Virus record (IMG/VR): IMGVR_UViG_3300028388_005701
Location: 1 to 53,957 of that record
Reading direction: 5' to 3' (one strand)
Length of the DNA: 53,957 bases
From: a virus
Taxonomy: Duplodnaviria > Caudoviricetes
Position numbers and translations under genes: made by a program. Under the pieces are notes generated by a model, which was not told the DNA's origin, made no database searches, and worked only from the letters and a program-made list of their open reading frames with translations. This document shows positions 9,660 through 19,908 of this stretch, one piece after another. How positions within the stretch are numbered: the first letter of the stretch is position 1; every line of letters begins with the position of its first letter.

Positions 9660-10165
9660 GATTTTGTTAATGATCTAATTTGTGATTTGGAATTTTTGAT
9701 GAGATAATCTAAACCGAAATGTTTGTTATCCAATTTCAATAACTCATCGTATGTAATCCACTTATAGTCCTCCGATTCCCAGTTGAGTACTGGCACAAAT
9801 TCATCTTGGACTACACCAGCAAAATTGTGATATTCAAAGGTACCATCTGGGGATTTGTAGACTGCGAGTGGTAGCACTTGCAGCAAATCCCTGGGGTTTT
9901 GTTGCGTTTCTTCTTCAAATTCTCTGGCTGCAGCGGTTTTTGGTAGGGTTTCATGATCATCGATCTTCCCACCAATAGTGCCCCAGGTTCCAGGTTCGTT
10001 AACATACGAAGAACGAAGGATGACCATAATTCGACCAGTAGATTTGGCTATTGGTAGTATACCAGCGCCACGATTACCCCAAAAACTACCACCTTTAGTG
10101 TTGGTATAGATGGTGTAATCATCTGACTCGCTAAGATACTGTTGAAAAGATTTGATGTTGTCCAT
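9656..10165 (-). CDS. Nudix hydrolase with a CTS-like leader
   Basis: GGKIDDHETLPKTAAAREFEEET Nudix box; N-terminus MDNIKSFQQYLSES. Confidence 0.85.
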   Translation of the reverse strand: MDNIKSFQQYLSESDDYTIYTNTKGGSFWGNRGAGILPIAKSTGRIMVILRSSYVNEPGTWGTIGGKIDDHETLPKTAAAREFEEETQQNPRDLLQVLPLAVYKSPDGTFEYHNFAGVVQDEFVPVLNWESEDYKWITYDELLKLDNKHFGLDYLIKNSKSQIRSLTKS

Positions 10166-10217
10166 TCTGCTTTTTTTATTTTGGTGGCGTGATCTAGGTA
10201 GATAACGGCATCCATCA

Positions 10218-10676
10218 TTAATAGATAGCGGACTGGATATCAAAATTCAGAATGGTACCTGGACCTCCTATGTTGGTTGGCGATACAATATAAGGCACAT
10301 CCATACCCTGTATTTTAATAACGCCAGAGTCCTCGACGCTGACATCGGCAAATTTCACCTCTGCGGTAATATAAAATACACCAGGATCGTAATCGTTGTG
10401 TACACCAAATGAAGCGTCCTCAATAGCTGGTTTGCCAATACTTACCCAATATCGATTCATCCACATTGACAACTTTTTTGAAGACATTATATCCTTGGCA
10501 CGTTTCATGTGCTTAGCAACATATCTGATCTCAGATGCGGCGTGCTCACCAGCTATTTCGAACCAATCCCATCCCTTAGGATCAGCGTCAGACATATCAA
10601 CCTTTATATTGGTCAACTCTGGGTGCTTATCAACAGCTTCGTTGATCATCTGATTAAACTTTGGTAATCTTTTCAT
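10218..10676 (-). CDS. leader-family protein
   Basis: MKRLPKFNQMINEA; GATATATA upstream at 10706-10713. Confidence 0.8.
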   Translation of the reverse strand: MKRLPKFNQMINEAVDKHPELTNIKVDMSDADPKGWDWFEIAGEHAASEIRYVAKHMKRAKDIMSSKKLSMWMNRYWVSIGKPAIEDASFGVHNDYDPGVFYITAEVKFADVSVEDSGVIKIQGMDVPYIVSPTNIGGPGTILNFDIQSAIY

Positions 10677-10736
10677 TGTTTATTCTTTTGACGAAAATTT
10701 CAATTTATATATCTTTATACCCAAGGCGTATCAGTA

Positions 10737-11054
10737 TTAATTTTGAATCGGGTTTTGTACTTGTACTGGCACTTCAATAACTAATTCTTCTTCAATGCGC
10801 ACGCCATCCCATTCTGACAGTGGAGCAAAACGATTTGCAGCAAATGATGGCTCAAAGGTGCCCATACCCGATGGGTGTTTTATTGGTTCGTTGGTGATCT
10901 CATTTAACCACACTGCTAGCCGCCCATCGGATAGTCTGAAACAACTCCTAATGGTGTACAATTTATCTTTCACTGGTAGGTTCTGGAAGAATGGAAGAGA
11001 ATTTGGATCAAATGTAGCATTGGTACATATCACCTCTTGATTTTTATGTAACAT
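10737..11054 (-). CDS. hypothetical protein (no leader)
   Basis: 105 aa ORF with AAAAC-N18-TATAA upstream (11064-11091). Confidence 0.7.
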   Translation of the reverse strand: MLHKNQEVICTNATFDPNSLPFFQNLPVKDKLYTIRSCFRLSDGRLAVWLNEITNEPIKHPSGMGTFEPSFAANRFAPLSEWDGVRIEEELVIEVPVQVQNPIQN

Positions 11055-11090
11055 TTTTATTTATTATAATAGTTCAACAAAAACTGGTTT

Positions 11091-11573
11091 TTATTTTATC
11101 ACAACATCAGATGTAGTCATTATATTAAAGAATGCTGCAGCATCTCTATTGACAACCCTCCGGACTTTGAGATTCACACCAAGCTTACCCATAAGTTTGT
11201 TGAAATCATGGTAGGTATACCCCCAAAAGTACTTTGAGTCCTTTTTATCTTGGTCATAGAAACGTACCAATACTCTAAATGATCCGTTTTCAAATTGTAC
11301 CGTCAAATCCTCATAGTGCGGGTGAAAAAAATTGATGTGTCCATGGCCATTATACGTATACTCAGTGGTGACACCACCATAAGTTGATTTCCTGTGTTTT
11401 ATGGCCGGATCTTTGCTAGTAAAGCCCAGGGCATATAGATCATCAATATACAACTGACGCCATGCATCCCCTGGAGTTCTAGGGTAGTATTTCCCCCTAA
11501 CAGATTCATACCCATTACTGGCATAATCAATGTCCTGTTTACTGTATTGTTCAAAAAGCTTTATTGGTTGCAT
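11091..11573 (-). CDS. protein with a CTS-like leader
   Basis: MQPIKLFEQY. Confidence 0.7.
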   Translation of the reverse strand: MQPIKLFEQYSKQDIDYASNGYESVRGKYYPRTPGDAWRQLYIDDLYALGFTSKDPAIKHRKSTYGGVTTEYTYNGHGHINFFHPHYEDLTVQFENGSFRVLVRFYDQDKKDSKYFWGYTYHDFNKLMGKLGVNLKVRRVVNRDAAAFFNIMTTSDVVIK

Positions 11574-11581
11574 AATGTCTT

Positions 11582-11629
11582 TTATATTAATAATGCCATT
11601 ATATCTTTGGATTTTGGTAATCCTTTCAT
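11582..11629 (-). pseudogene. orphan degenerate leader remnant
   Basis: ATGAAAGGATTACCAAAATCC = MKGLPKSKDIMALLI*, with the AATAATAATG start context of the leader genes. Confidence 0.6.
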
Positions 11630-11634
11630 TATTA

Positions 11635-12738
11635 TTAATTTTTAAATATTGGAAATTTTTCAGGATGTTTAACCTTGGCTAGTTCACCTTTATGATTAAG
11701 GTAACCCTCCAGGGTGCCACCACCATTTTTCTTAATATCTTTCCATATTAGATGAACCCATTTCATAACTGTTGGGTATCTAGAGGCCCACTGTTTAATG
11801 TTATGGAATTCATTTGATACAAAGGTACCGATCTCTTGTTTACGATAATGACTATCAGGATAAGTGGCCCAGTCAATAATCCTGGCCCAGATATTAGTGC
11901 CATAGGTACCCGCCATAGGTACAATTTCAGATGTGAAGTTGCTCTTTATTAGTTTATCAACAGTGGTGTCGTATTTTTTGGATAATTTAGTCAGCTGTCT
12001 ATCTCTCTGTAACAACCCCAACGCATTTTTGGTATTGGCGTCGTCCATAACGGCATAGAGAGCTATGATACCAAATAAACCCCTGACAAATGCATCTTCA
12101 GGCTCATTAGCATGCTGAAGATACTTCTGGAACCACTCGGCATTATACTGATTCTCGACACTAGCACCTTTATAATGCCTGTGGTTATAATAAGATTCAT
12201 TATCATACGGATAAAAATAAATACCTAACTTAGTAGCTAATGCCCAACATTCGTTGAATATCTCAAAATACCGATCATCAAGCTTGCCAACATAAACATG
12301 GATCTCTTTGATATATCTAGATATGTTCTTGATTATGGGTTTGTCCAAAAATAGACGTTCTTCATGTTCATCATATCTGGTGATATTATCTATCTTTGAT
12401 TTTTTAGGATCTTTGTTGACATTCCAATATTCAACCGGAGAAGATGGGCCTAAATTGGATAGCGCATCACCATCAAAGACAATGGTAACCTTACCACCAG
12501 ATTCGGCCAGACTACGACCATAACCGATTTTGGCATTTCCGGTAGTAGAGAAAGACACGAAATAGGGCTTACCTTTATTAAGCTTATCATCAGACTTGGT
12601 ACCGAAGGCGATAGATGCCCTCAAGGAATTGGTACGCAGGATTTGCACCAGATTGGTGAGCTGGGTAAAATGAAAAGTTGTACGAGAAAGAGACTCGTAC
12701 AACCTTTGATATTGATTAAAAGATTTGATATTGCGCAT
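11635..12738 (-). CDS. putative ADP-ribosyltransferase-fold protein with a CTS-like leader
   Basis: MRNIKSFNQYQRLYES, then FHFT..L..IL, FVSFST and DEHEERL, consistent with an H-S-E ART core. Confidence 0.55.
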   Translation of the reverse strand: MRNIKSFNQYQRLYESLSRTTFHFTQLTNLVQILRTNSLRASIAFGTKSDDKLNKGKPYFVSFSTTGNAKIGYGRSLAESGGKVTIVFDGDALSNLGPSSPVEYWNVNKDPKKSKIDNITRYDEHEERLFLDKPIIKNISRYIKEIHVYVGKLDDRYFEIFNECWALATKLGIYFYPYDNESYYNHRHYKGASVENQYNAEWFQKYLQHANEPEDAFVRGLFGIIALYAVMDDANTKNALGLLQRDRQLTKLSKKYDTTVDKLIKSNFTSEIVPMAGTYGTNIWARIIDWATYPDSHYRKQEIGTFVSNEFHNIKQWASRYPTVMKWVHLIWKDIKKNGGGTLEGYLNHKGELAKVKHPEKFPIFKN

Positions 12739-12743
12739 TATTA

Positions 12744-13184
12744 CTACTGTGTTGCTATAAACAAAGCATAGGGGGTATTGGGTTGAATTGGTAACCACCC
12801 CAAATCAGATGAATTTCTGATTGCAAACTGAAAATCACTAGACCAGTTTTCTTCATCAACCATAGATGGATCTACATCTTCAATAGGCACACAACAAATG
12901 ATTTGGGTACCCATATCACCACCATCAATCTCACCATGAATATACCATTTGATATTGGTTAAATTCACATCCAGCCCCAATTCCTTTTTGATTTCGTTTT
13001 TTAAATCTGCTATTGAAGACGGACTTTCTACAGCCTCTTTTTGCCCTATAAAAAATGCCGCAGCGTCGATAATATTATCAGCAGCCCAATTCGATGTGAA
13101 GCTGACTTTTGGCCGTATGTCTACTGACTCATTAGTATTTTGGTAAGATTCGTTTACTTCTCCAAATTTTGGTAATTTTTTCAT
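12744..13184 (-). CDS. leader-family protein
   Basis: MKKLPKFGEVNESYQNTNES. Confidence 0.8.
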   Translation of the reverse strand: MKKLPKFGEVNESYQNTNESVDIRPKVSFTSNWAADNIIDAAAFFIGQKEAVESPSSIADLKNEIKKELGLDVNLTNIKWYIHGEIDGGDMGTQIICCVPIEDVDPSMVDEENWSSDFQFAIRNSSDLGWLPIQPNTPYALFIATQ

Positions 13185-13252
13185 TATTTGTTTTTTTATT
13201 ACTATAAGAGTTTAATTTATATATTTACAGATTATCATGCTGTGGTCCAGGT

Positions 13253-13654
13253 CTACCACAGATCCTCCATTAGATCGAAATTTATGCTTAGATCTAGATC
13301 GGTTCCAATGATGTTTATATAACCCGCATCATCGCCATAAGTATACATATACTTACTCTTGGGTAATTTCCTGGCTTCTAATTTCGCGGCCCCCACATTT
13401 GTTACTGAACCTTTATGGCCTTTGTAAATACCAATAATATCTTCTGGCTGTAGCGGATAGGTATCCATAACTATATCTAACAATTCTTCATAAATCAGGA
13501 TATCATGCAACTCCTCTACATACTTCGATGGATCACCTTTGCATGCGATAATAGCCAAATACTGATAAATGCTGAACTCCTGTTTACCAGCTAATACTGC
13601 TGATTCACTAATCGACTGTTTGTTTAGATCTTGATATTTCGGTAATTTTTTCAT
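13253..13654 (-). CDS. leader-family protein
   Basis: MKKLPKYQDLNKQSISES. Confidence 0.8.
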   Translation of the reverse strand: MKKLPKYQDLNKQSISESAVLAGKQEFSIYQYLAIIACKGDPSKYVEELHDILIYEELLDIVMDTYPLQPEDIIGIYKGHKGSVTNVGAAKLEARKLPKSKYMYTYGDDAGYINIIGTDLDLSINFDLMEDLW

Positions 13655-13712
13655 TGTAATATAATTTTATGTGGTTAATTATGGATATAATAAAAAATAC
13701 CCGTGTTTAATT

Positions 13713-14369
13713 CTATTTAAGGAAAAAACTAAATTCTATATAGGCAGTGCCATTTTTATTGTGGTTGGCCATTATCTTAACCTTAATCGGCCCACCATTG
13801 ATATTACGATTGTCTAGCTGGTTACTAGCCAAATTGACTGTCAGCCTATTTGATACAAAATGGGAGACCAATGAATCAACCACTGATTCCATATCACTAG
13901 CGGCAACGGTAGCGCTATTGACAATCACCATATTACTATCTTTACTGAAATATTTAGAATCCCAATGCCCCAATTCTGGTAACAACCTACGCAATCTAAG
14001 ATTTTCCACACCGCTTACTAACAATTTGTAGTTGTCCATGAACACATCGGCCTTATCATCTTTACGATACAGGTATTTATTATAGTTAACAAGGTTATCA
14101 TTTAATTCCATAAGCTTGTTACGCAGCATCCCCTTTTTATAAAAATCGAGATTGTATAGCTTGATGGCTTTGTCGGATATGTTATCACCCAGAGTGGTGG
14201 CGAACGCAGCGGCTAGTTTATCTAATGCTTTTTTGTTCAATTCTCGTATGCCTTGATTTATGGCGTTGACGATTTTGGCCACAATTTTTGTCTCTATATC
14301 ATCCAGATATCCGGCCTCATCAACTCTTTGGGATTCGTTTATTTCATCGAATTTTGGTAGCTTTTTCAC
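13713..14369 (-). CDS. leader-family protein (GTG start)
   Basis: MKKLPKFDEINESQRVDEA. Confidence 0.8.
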   Translation of the reverse strand: MKKLPKFDEINESQRVDEAGYLDDIETKIVAKIVNAINQGIRELNKKALDKLAAAFATTLGDNISDKAIKLYNLDFYKKGMLRNKLMELNDNLVNYNKYLYRKDDKADVFMDNYKLLVSGVENLRLRRLLPELGHWDSKYFSKDSNMVIVNSATVAASDMESVVDSLVSHFVSNRLTVNLASNQLDNRNINGGPIKVKIMANHNKNGTAYIEFSFFLK

Positions 14370-14396
14370 TATTATTGATTTTGAATCTAGAAATTA

Positions 14397-14840
14397 TTAT
14401 GATGCAGCCCAAGTAGGATATACAGTACCCCAACCATCCTCGAACAATTCAACAGTGATACTGATTTTGTATCTACCATTGTAAGTGGTTGTATAAACTT
14501 CTTTAAGCTCTCCAGCTCCGTGGTGAATATAGAGTGTCGGGAATATAATATCTCTCAGCTGCACATTTCTACCGTCCATATTGACACCGGAACTTGGTGC
14601 TTCATGGGTATCGTACCAAAGGTCAGCATCGTATCCTCCAGTGATTATCGATTTAAGCCACGATCTGAATTCTGGTGATGCAAATACTTCCTGATAGGCA
14701 TTATGTAAGCTTATCATCCATACAAGATCCATAGTAGCATTGTCATCTACGTGTTGTTCGCGGCCATAGACTTTATACACATTACTTTCGTTAATGGATT
14801 GTTCGTTGATCGTATCGTTGAACTTTGGTAACTTTTTCAT
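14397..14840 (-). CDS. leader-family protein
   Basis: MKKLPKFNDTINEQSINES. Confidence 0.8.
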   Translation of the reverse strand: MKKLPKFNDTINEQSINESNVYKVYGREQHVDDNATMDLVWMISLHNAYQEVFASPEFRSWLKSIITGGYDADLWYDTHEAPSSGVNMDGRNVQLRDIIFPTLYIHHGAGELKEVYTTTYNGRYKISITVELFEDGWGTVYPTWAAS

Positions 14841-14886
14841 TATTATTGATTTTTAAATATTGTATTGTAACCTATTTATTTATAAG

Positions 14887-15222
14887 CTATGCCTCGAAAT
14901 GGTAGCAATGCAAGTCAAGTTCCGTATTAGTTTCGAGCTTGATAGGTTTCCACACTAAAGCATCACCGTGATAAACTTTGATGAGTTCAGCAACAGTACC
15001 TTCAATATCAGTGATATGCTCATGGGTGGCACCATCATACCTTTCTATGAAATAGACGGTCTCCTGTAATGATTCTTGAGGATCACAAAGCACCAAAATG
15101 GTGTATTTTCCGGTTTCTAGCCCATCACAGGATTTGCCCATCAACGGACCTATTTTATGTAACTTAGCGCAGCCTGGAGCAAGATATCTTGCTGTCTGGG
15201 TATTAATTTCGAGGGATTTCAT
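14887..15222 (-). CDS. hypothetical protein
   Basis: 111 aa ORF with an A-rich start context. Confidence 0.6.
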   Translation of the reverse strand: MKSLEINTQTARYLAPGCAKLHKIGPLMGKSCDGLETGKYTILVLCDPQESLQETVYFIERYDGATHEHITDIEGTVAELIKVYHGDALVWKPIKLETNTELDLHCYHFEA

Positions 15223-15261
15223 GTTGTTTTTTATTTTTGACCAAAAAATACTGGTTTGCCT

Positions 15262-15531
15262 TTATTCACACCTCTTCATTTTAAATGTTACCGCATCGGT
15301 TATTTTAGGAGTAACAGCTCTGCCATATTCCAGGCATCTTTTGGTTGTAACATTATCCACTGAATCGGTACGTACCACATTATCATCGGAACCCAAAAAA
15401 TCAATAACACACTGGTCACATTGTGCACCATTTGATGTATAGATTGGGTAGATACTTTCGGTGTTATAGCAAGATAAGACCGTGAACATCAGGAACAGTA
15501 AAATTATTAGATTTTTCATTTCATTTTTCAT
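15262..15531 (-). CDS. putative lipoprotein, Cys-rich small family
   Basis: TVLS-C lipobox; four further Cys spaced like 151..450. Confidence 0.65.
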   Translation of the reverse strand: MKNEMKNLIILLFLMFTVLSCYNTESIYPIYTSNGAQCDQCVIDFLGSDDNVVRTDSVDNVTTKRCLEYGRAVTPKITDAVTFKMKRCE

Positions 15532-15572
15532 TTGGCTTATAAAATTTGGGGTACATATCAGCCATATCGTTA

Positions 15573-16337
15573 TCAGTTGGCTATACCAGCCATATTATAG
15601 GTATTACAGGATGTAGAATAACTACCCCATTGATCCCATTCATGTTCTGACCATAAATCGTAACCTGTACCATTGGGTTTAACCACCAGCGTAGCATCCA
15701 TATAGACCTGGTAGAAAAAATTGATGGCGTTAGCGTTGCTACCCTTGTTACTTATGATATCAGCCAGAGTTGCCTGCCATACGGTATTACCACCATCCAA
15801 TGGGTTAGCCACGGTAAATGTAGTGGTGTTGATATTGGTATGGGTAGCCACATCGAAATTGGTAGTAGCTGTGATACTGCCTGGAGAACTGCCAGAATTG
15901 CTATTTATCTCAGCATAGTAGACATTGCCATAGCTATCGGTACCAGAACAGGCAGAATAACCAACAGTCAGTGTGGTGCGCACACTGAATTCAACATCAA
16001 AATTAGTAGCAGGTCCACTGTAATTATTGAAATCGACTTTGATAGTGCCATCGCCATTGATATGGCACCAGGTGAATCTACCAAAGGAGCTAGAATAATC
16101 ACCGATACCATCAGTGTTAGTACGATCACAAAAACCTTTGGCATCAATACCAGCGTTTGGGTTGGCCCTGTATTTGCTCATATGGTCGTCGAATTCGACT
16201 TGGATTTCATCGATAGTCATTCCAGGGAATTTAACCTCTAGCAATGAGATATCAGGCCCTTTATCGGCATCTTCTGGGTGTAAAAAATTGCAACTACCTA
16301 GCAGTGCAATAGCGAAAACGAATAGTAAATTTCTCAT
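15573..16337 (-). CDS. putative lipoprotein
   Basis: MRNLLFVFAIALLGS-C lipobox; Ser/Thr/Asn-rich beta-type body. Confidence 0.75.
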   Translation of the reverse strand: MRNLLFVFAIALLGSCNFLHPEDADKGPDISLLEVKFPGMTIDEIQVEFDDHMSKYRANPNAGIDAKGFCDRTNTDGIGDYSSSFGRFTWCHINGDGTIKVDFNNYSGPATNFDVEFSVRTTLTVGYSACSGTDSYGNVYYAEINSNSGSSPGSITATTNFDVATHTNINTTTFTVANPLDGGNTVWQATLADIISNKGSNANAINFFYQVYMDATLVVKPNGTGYDLWSEHEWDQWGSYSTSCNTYNMAGIAN

Positions 16338-16370
16338 AGTCAATTGTTGTTTTGATTTAATTGTTGATAT

Positions 16371-16529
16371 TCAATCAGTAAATGCTACCAATTCTGGTTC
16401 TAGTTTTGTCACCTCTTCTTTGATCACCCGATTCCAATAATTGGAAGTTAAATTATCCAACTTATCCTCACAATTCGGACATTCCACTGGTTGCGGATCT
16501 CCTGGTTTTATAGTTATTTTATTGCTCAT
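16371..16529 (-). CDS. small hypothetical protein (52 aa, not in ORF track)
   Basis: MSNKITIKPGDPQPVECPNC...; start overlaps the upstream stop. Confidence 0.5.
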   Translation of the reverse strand: MSNKITIKPGDPQPVECPNCEDKLDNLTSNYWNRVIKEEVTKLEPELVAFTD

Positions 16530-16882
16530 CATTTATGGATTTTATCATATAGACCCTCAAAATCCTTAAGCTCAATCCAATCAGTAAGTTCGATACAATT
16601 GATCATAGCTGCTTGGCTATCATTGTACTTTTTTCGACTGCGACTACTGTCATTAAACCCAAGCCAGCCTAGCATAGTTTGAAGAGCATCTGCTCTATTA
16701 ACAATACCCAGTTGTTTTCTTACAACGTTGGTATACAGCTTGGATTCAGAGCCATCGTGATAACTAATAGTCAGTAACCACCCAGCTACTCTTGTTTCAT
16801 CTGCCATTGTTTGTATTATTTGATCACAGTACCCGCCCAGGAGTGCTGTGAATAGGTATAGAATCTTCAATAGTAACACCAA
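16529..16882 (-). CDS. hypothetical protein (start probably at MADETR, about 16807)
   Basis: ORF in minus-strand operon. Confidence 0.55.
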   Translation of the reverse strand: MVLLLKILYLFTALLGGYCDQIIQTMADETRVAGWLLTISYHDGSESKLYTNVVRKQLGIVNRADALQTMLGWLGFNDSSRSRKKYNDSQAAMINCIELTDWIELKDFEGLYDKIHK

Positions 16883-17132
16883 ATACTACCACCGTCAACC
16901 CGTTATCATATTCATAGTAGGGTTTGCCATCACCGTGTTTGCCATCCCAATTCCAGTGTTCTTTTGGATCATGCATAAGGAATTCCGTTTTCGCATTACC
17001 CCATTTATTGTTGTATCCGGAGTAAGTTGATATGTACACATCTTTCTTATCACTTCTGGCCTTATCTATCACACCTATGATGGATTTATCAAGCATGTCA
17101 TAGACCTCTACTATTTTCTTCTTTATCCTCAT
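16824..17132 (-). CDS. hypothetical protein
   Basis: 102 aa ORF. Confidence 0.55.
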   Translation of the reverse strand: MRIKKKIVEVYDMLDKSIIGVIDKARSDKKDVYISTYSGYNNKWGNAKTEFLMHDPKEHWNWDGKHGDGKPYYEYDNGLTVVVFGVTIEDSIPIHSTPGRVL

Positions 17133-17305
17133 TTTACCTGATGTACAGTATCAATAATCAACAGTTTCCTATATACGTCTTAGTTTGGGCATGCAGTAAA
17201 AGTTTTTCTCACCCATCTGATGGGCATCAACCACTGGTATGAATTGTGCCATACAATTTTTTATTCTGCATGGCACAATTAAGTAACAGGTTTCACCATC
17301 CAGGG

Positions 17306-17797
17306 TTAAAAGTAGGTTGCGGAAACATGCATGAGATTGCTATCCGGATAGGCAATATAGCCGACGCCAAGCTTGAAACCATTAACATCTTTTGGTGTCA
17401 TATCAGACCAGTCGACCTCTTCATCTCCTATATCGCCCTCGAATTTGAACGATATTTCAGGAATAGTACCATCCACTTTCTCGATAGTGATACCAGCTAT
17501 TTTTGTGGGAGCATCTGCACCATAAAATTCAAGCCTACCACTATTTCTATCTAGTGTAATACCCAGTTTTCTTTCTCTCTCAGTCAACCACTTATCAAAG
17601 TCTGGAGTGTTGAAATAATCAAGATATGCCTGGACTACGGCAAAGGACAATACAGTATTTCTAGTCCACGCATTGTCGGCATCCCACATACTAATACCAT
17701 ATTTGGCAATAACCGGATGCTTAATATTTTCCATCACTGGTTGCGGTTCTTGGCTACTACTTTCGTTCACCTCTCCGAATTTTGGTAATTTTTTCAT
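17306..17797 (-). CDS. leader-family protein
   Basis: MKKLPKFGEVNESSSQEPQPVMEN. Confidence 0.8.
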   Translation of the reverse strand: MKKLPKFGEVNESSSQEPQPVMENIKHPVIAKYGISMWDADNAWTRNTVLSFAVVQAYLDYFNTPDFDKWLTERERKLGITLDRNSGRLEFYGADAPTKIAGITIEKVDGTIPEISFKFEGDIGDEEVDWSDMTPKDVNGFKLGVGYIAYPDSNLMHVSATYF

Positions 17798-17831
17798 TTT
17801 GATAGTAAATTTTTATTGTTGTGTTCATTTT

Positions 17832-18215
17832 TCATTTTGATAAGAAATCATCTCTGTACATAATCAACAGATCACCAGTAACAGTGCCAGTAGATCCTAC
17901 GTACTTCGGTAATCTGTCAGATACATCATAGGATTCGTCACTTTTATGGAGAGTGGCTTTACCGTAACCACCGAAGCCTACTTTATAGATCAATCTATCA
18001 CCATTTGAAAAATCAATGGTTAGGTCGGTTTTATCTTCACTGATTATACCAGTAGTATTTACCACTGTAACAGGCTCCAATACAACTTTGAATCCTCTTA
18101 TCTCAGCGATTTCTTCCTTTTCATTTGACAAATCACCGATAACATCCACTCGCCAGGATTCGTTTACTGATTCAGCAGACTCGTTGATATCTTGAAATTT
18201 TGGCAATCTTTTCAT
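17832..18215 (-). CDS. leader-family protein, SNGD/GDLL subfamily
   Basis: MKRLPKFQDINESAESVNES; body paralogous to 19045..19443 and 19471..19872. Confidence 0.8.
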   Translation of the reverse strand: MKRLPKFQDINESAESVNESWRVDVIGDLSNEKEEIAEIRGFKVVLEPVTVVNTTGIISEDKTDLTIDFSNGDRLIYKVGFGGYGKATLHKSDESYDVSDRLPKYVGSTGTVTGDLLIMYRDDFLSK

Positions 18216-18994
18216 TTTTTTATGTTTTTATAAACATTTATTCTAACACGACCATCAAATTTGTAACCAGGACCACTATAATCACTAAAAGACAGTTGCA
18301 TAGTACCAGCGTTACCATTAACCACTGTCCGTTCAACTTTGGCTTCGTCTATTGTGGTAATGATGGTCAGTTTGATTCTGTTTTGTTTACAGAATTTTGT
18401 GGCGTATGATTTCATTTCTTCAAAAATACGGTCATAATCACCATTGAATATAATTATATTTTCTAATTCGTAATTGTTGTCCGTTTTGATCAACTGAGCA
18501 CCAAATTCAGCACCAAGTAAATATTCAGCATCGTATTGGCTGAGGATGTGATCAATAAATCCGCCCAACCCAATGTATTCCAGCCACTCCATGAAATTAT
18601 TAACATCATCCACAAAAGCTTTACCACCATCCATAGCCGCAGACACTGGTAGTAGATCAGCTCTGAGTTTTGACACCCTATCAATCATTTTTCTAGCGAC
18701 GACTCTCCATCTGTGTGCTATTTGTTTATCGGAATAAGAAGATTTTTCTAAATAATCACTAATATTCCCATCCATATGTACTTTAGTGCGGCCTATAGAT
18801 TTTTTCACATCAGCCAAACCAAATTTATTGCCTATGGTAGGTTTTAAATTCATGCCAATATCAATTAGTTGTTCGATATTGTCCATATTACGGAATATTT
18901 CAGATATGATTTGGTCAAGATTCGCACCTGATGATTCGTTTATTGATTGTGAAGATTCATTAATTGATTCCCAGAATTTAGGTAACTTTTTCAT
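18212..18994 (-). CDS. leader-family protein
   Basis: MKKLPKFWESINESSQSINESS. Confidence 0.8.
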   Translation of the reverse strand: MKKLPKFWESINESSQSINESSGANLDQIISEIFRNMDNIEQLIDIGMNLKPTIGNKFGLADVKKSIGRTKVHMDGNISDYLEKSSYSDKQIAHRWRVVARKMIDRVSKLRADLLPVSAAMDGGKAFVDDVNNFMEWLEYIGLGGFIDHILSQYDAEYLLGAEFGAQLIKTDNNYELENIIIFNGDYDRIFEEMKSYATKFCKQNRIKLTIITTIDEAKVERTVVNGNAGTMQLSFSDYSGPGYKFDGRVRINVYKNIKK

Positions 18995-19044
18995 TGCTTA
19001 TTATTATTTTTTTTTGATTACACAGTTTGAATCGACATATTTCT

Positions 19045-19443
19045 TTATTTGATCGAGTACTTCCGATAGGCAGCTAGTAGATCACCTATTAGCGTATCAT
19101 GATCACCTGTATGTGGTTCTACCCCTCGTATTACTCTACCGTTGATAGCGAATTCTATCTTAGGGTCCATTGTAGGAAGCTTCTCCGCACGATATTCGTA
19201 AAGTACGACATCACCATTAGTCATAGTGATCCTCAAATCTGTGCTGTCATATGTTATCTCTCCTTCTACACTCTTCACTCTAATTTCAGTAGTCATAGCA
19301 AAGTCCATCGCTGCGCGTTTCTCCTGAGAGGTACTAAACATTCCATCTACACTGGCACTCCAGTTAACGGATTCCTGTATGCTTGAGTATCTCTTATTAG
19401 TGGATTCATTAATTGATTCTCCGAATTTTGGTATTTTTTTCAT
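19045..19443 (-). CDS. leader-family protein, SNGD/GDLL subfamily
   Basis: MKKIPKFGESINES...IQES. Confidence 0.8.
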   Translation of the reverse strand: MKKIPKFGESINESTNKRYSSIQESVNWSASVDGMFSTSQEKRAAMDFAMTTEIRVKSVEGEITYDSTDLRITMTNGDVVLYEYRAEKLPTMDPKIEFAINGRVIRGVEPHTGDHDTLIGDLLAAYRKYSIK

Positions 19444-19470
19444 TACCTATTTTTTGTTAAAGTTTTATTG

Positions 19471-19872
19471 TTATTTATTAGTTTTGCCTAACATCATATC
19501 CCTATACATGATCAGTAGATCTCCAACCAGTGTACCAGTAGAACCAGAATAGTAGTTATTAAACTTGTTAAGTTTATTACCGATCTGTCTCCCTTCGATC
19601 TCCATTGACATAATACCGGTATCAGCAGCAAATCCGGCCATATAGGTTATTGTATCACCATTTGACATAATTATGGTAATATCAGTATTATCCTCATCTA
19701 TCAGACCAGTCACAGATTGTACAGTAATAGGCTCGTATATCACCTTGAAATCAGAGGCAAAATCTTTTTCACTTCTGGCATCAAAAGGCTCTAGTACATC
19801 AGCCCTCCAGACAGTCTCATTTATGGGTTTCGATGATTCGTTTATCTCTTTGAACTTTGGTAATCTTTTCAC
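19471..19872 (-). CDS. leader-family protein, SNGD/GDLL subfamily (GTG start)
   Basis: MKRLPKFKEINESSKPINET. Confidence 0.8.
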   Translation of the reverse strand: MKRLPKFKEINESSKPINETVWRADVLEPFDARSEKDFASDFKVIYEPITVQSVTGLIDEDNTDITIIMSNGDTITYMAGFAADTGIMSMEIEGRQIGNKLNKFNNYYSGSTGTLVGDLLIMYRDMMLGKTNK

Positions 19873-19908
19873 TGTTTATTTTTTTACACCTAGATAATAA
19901 AAAGTCTG

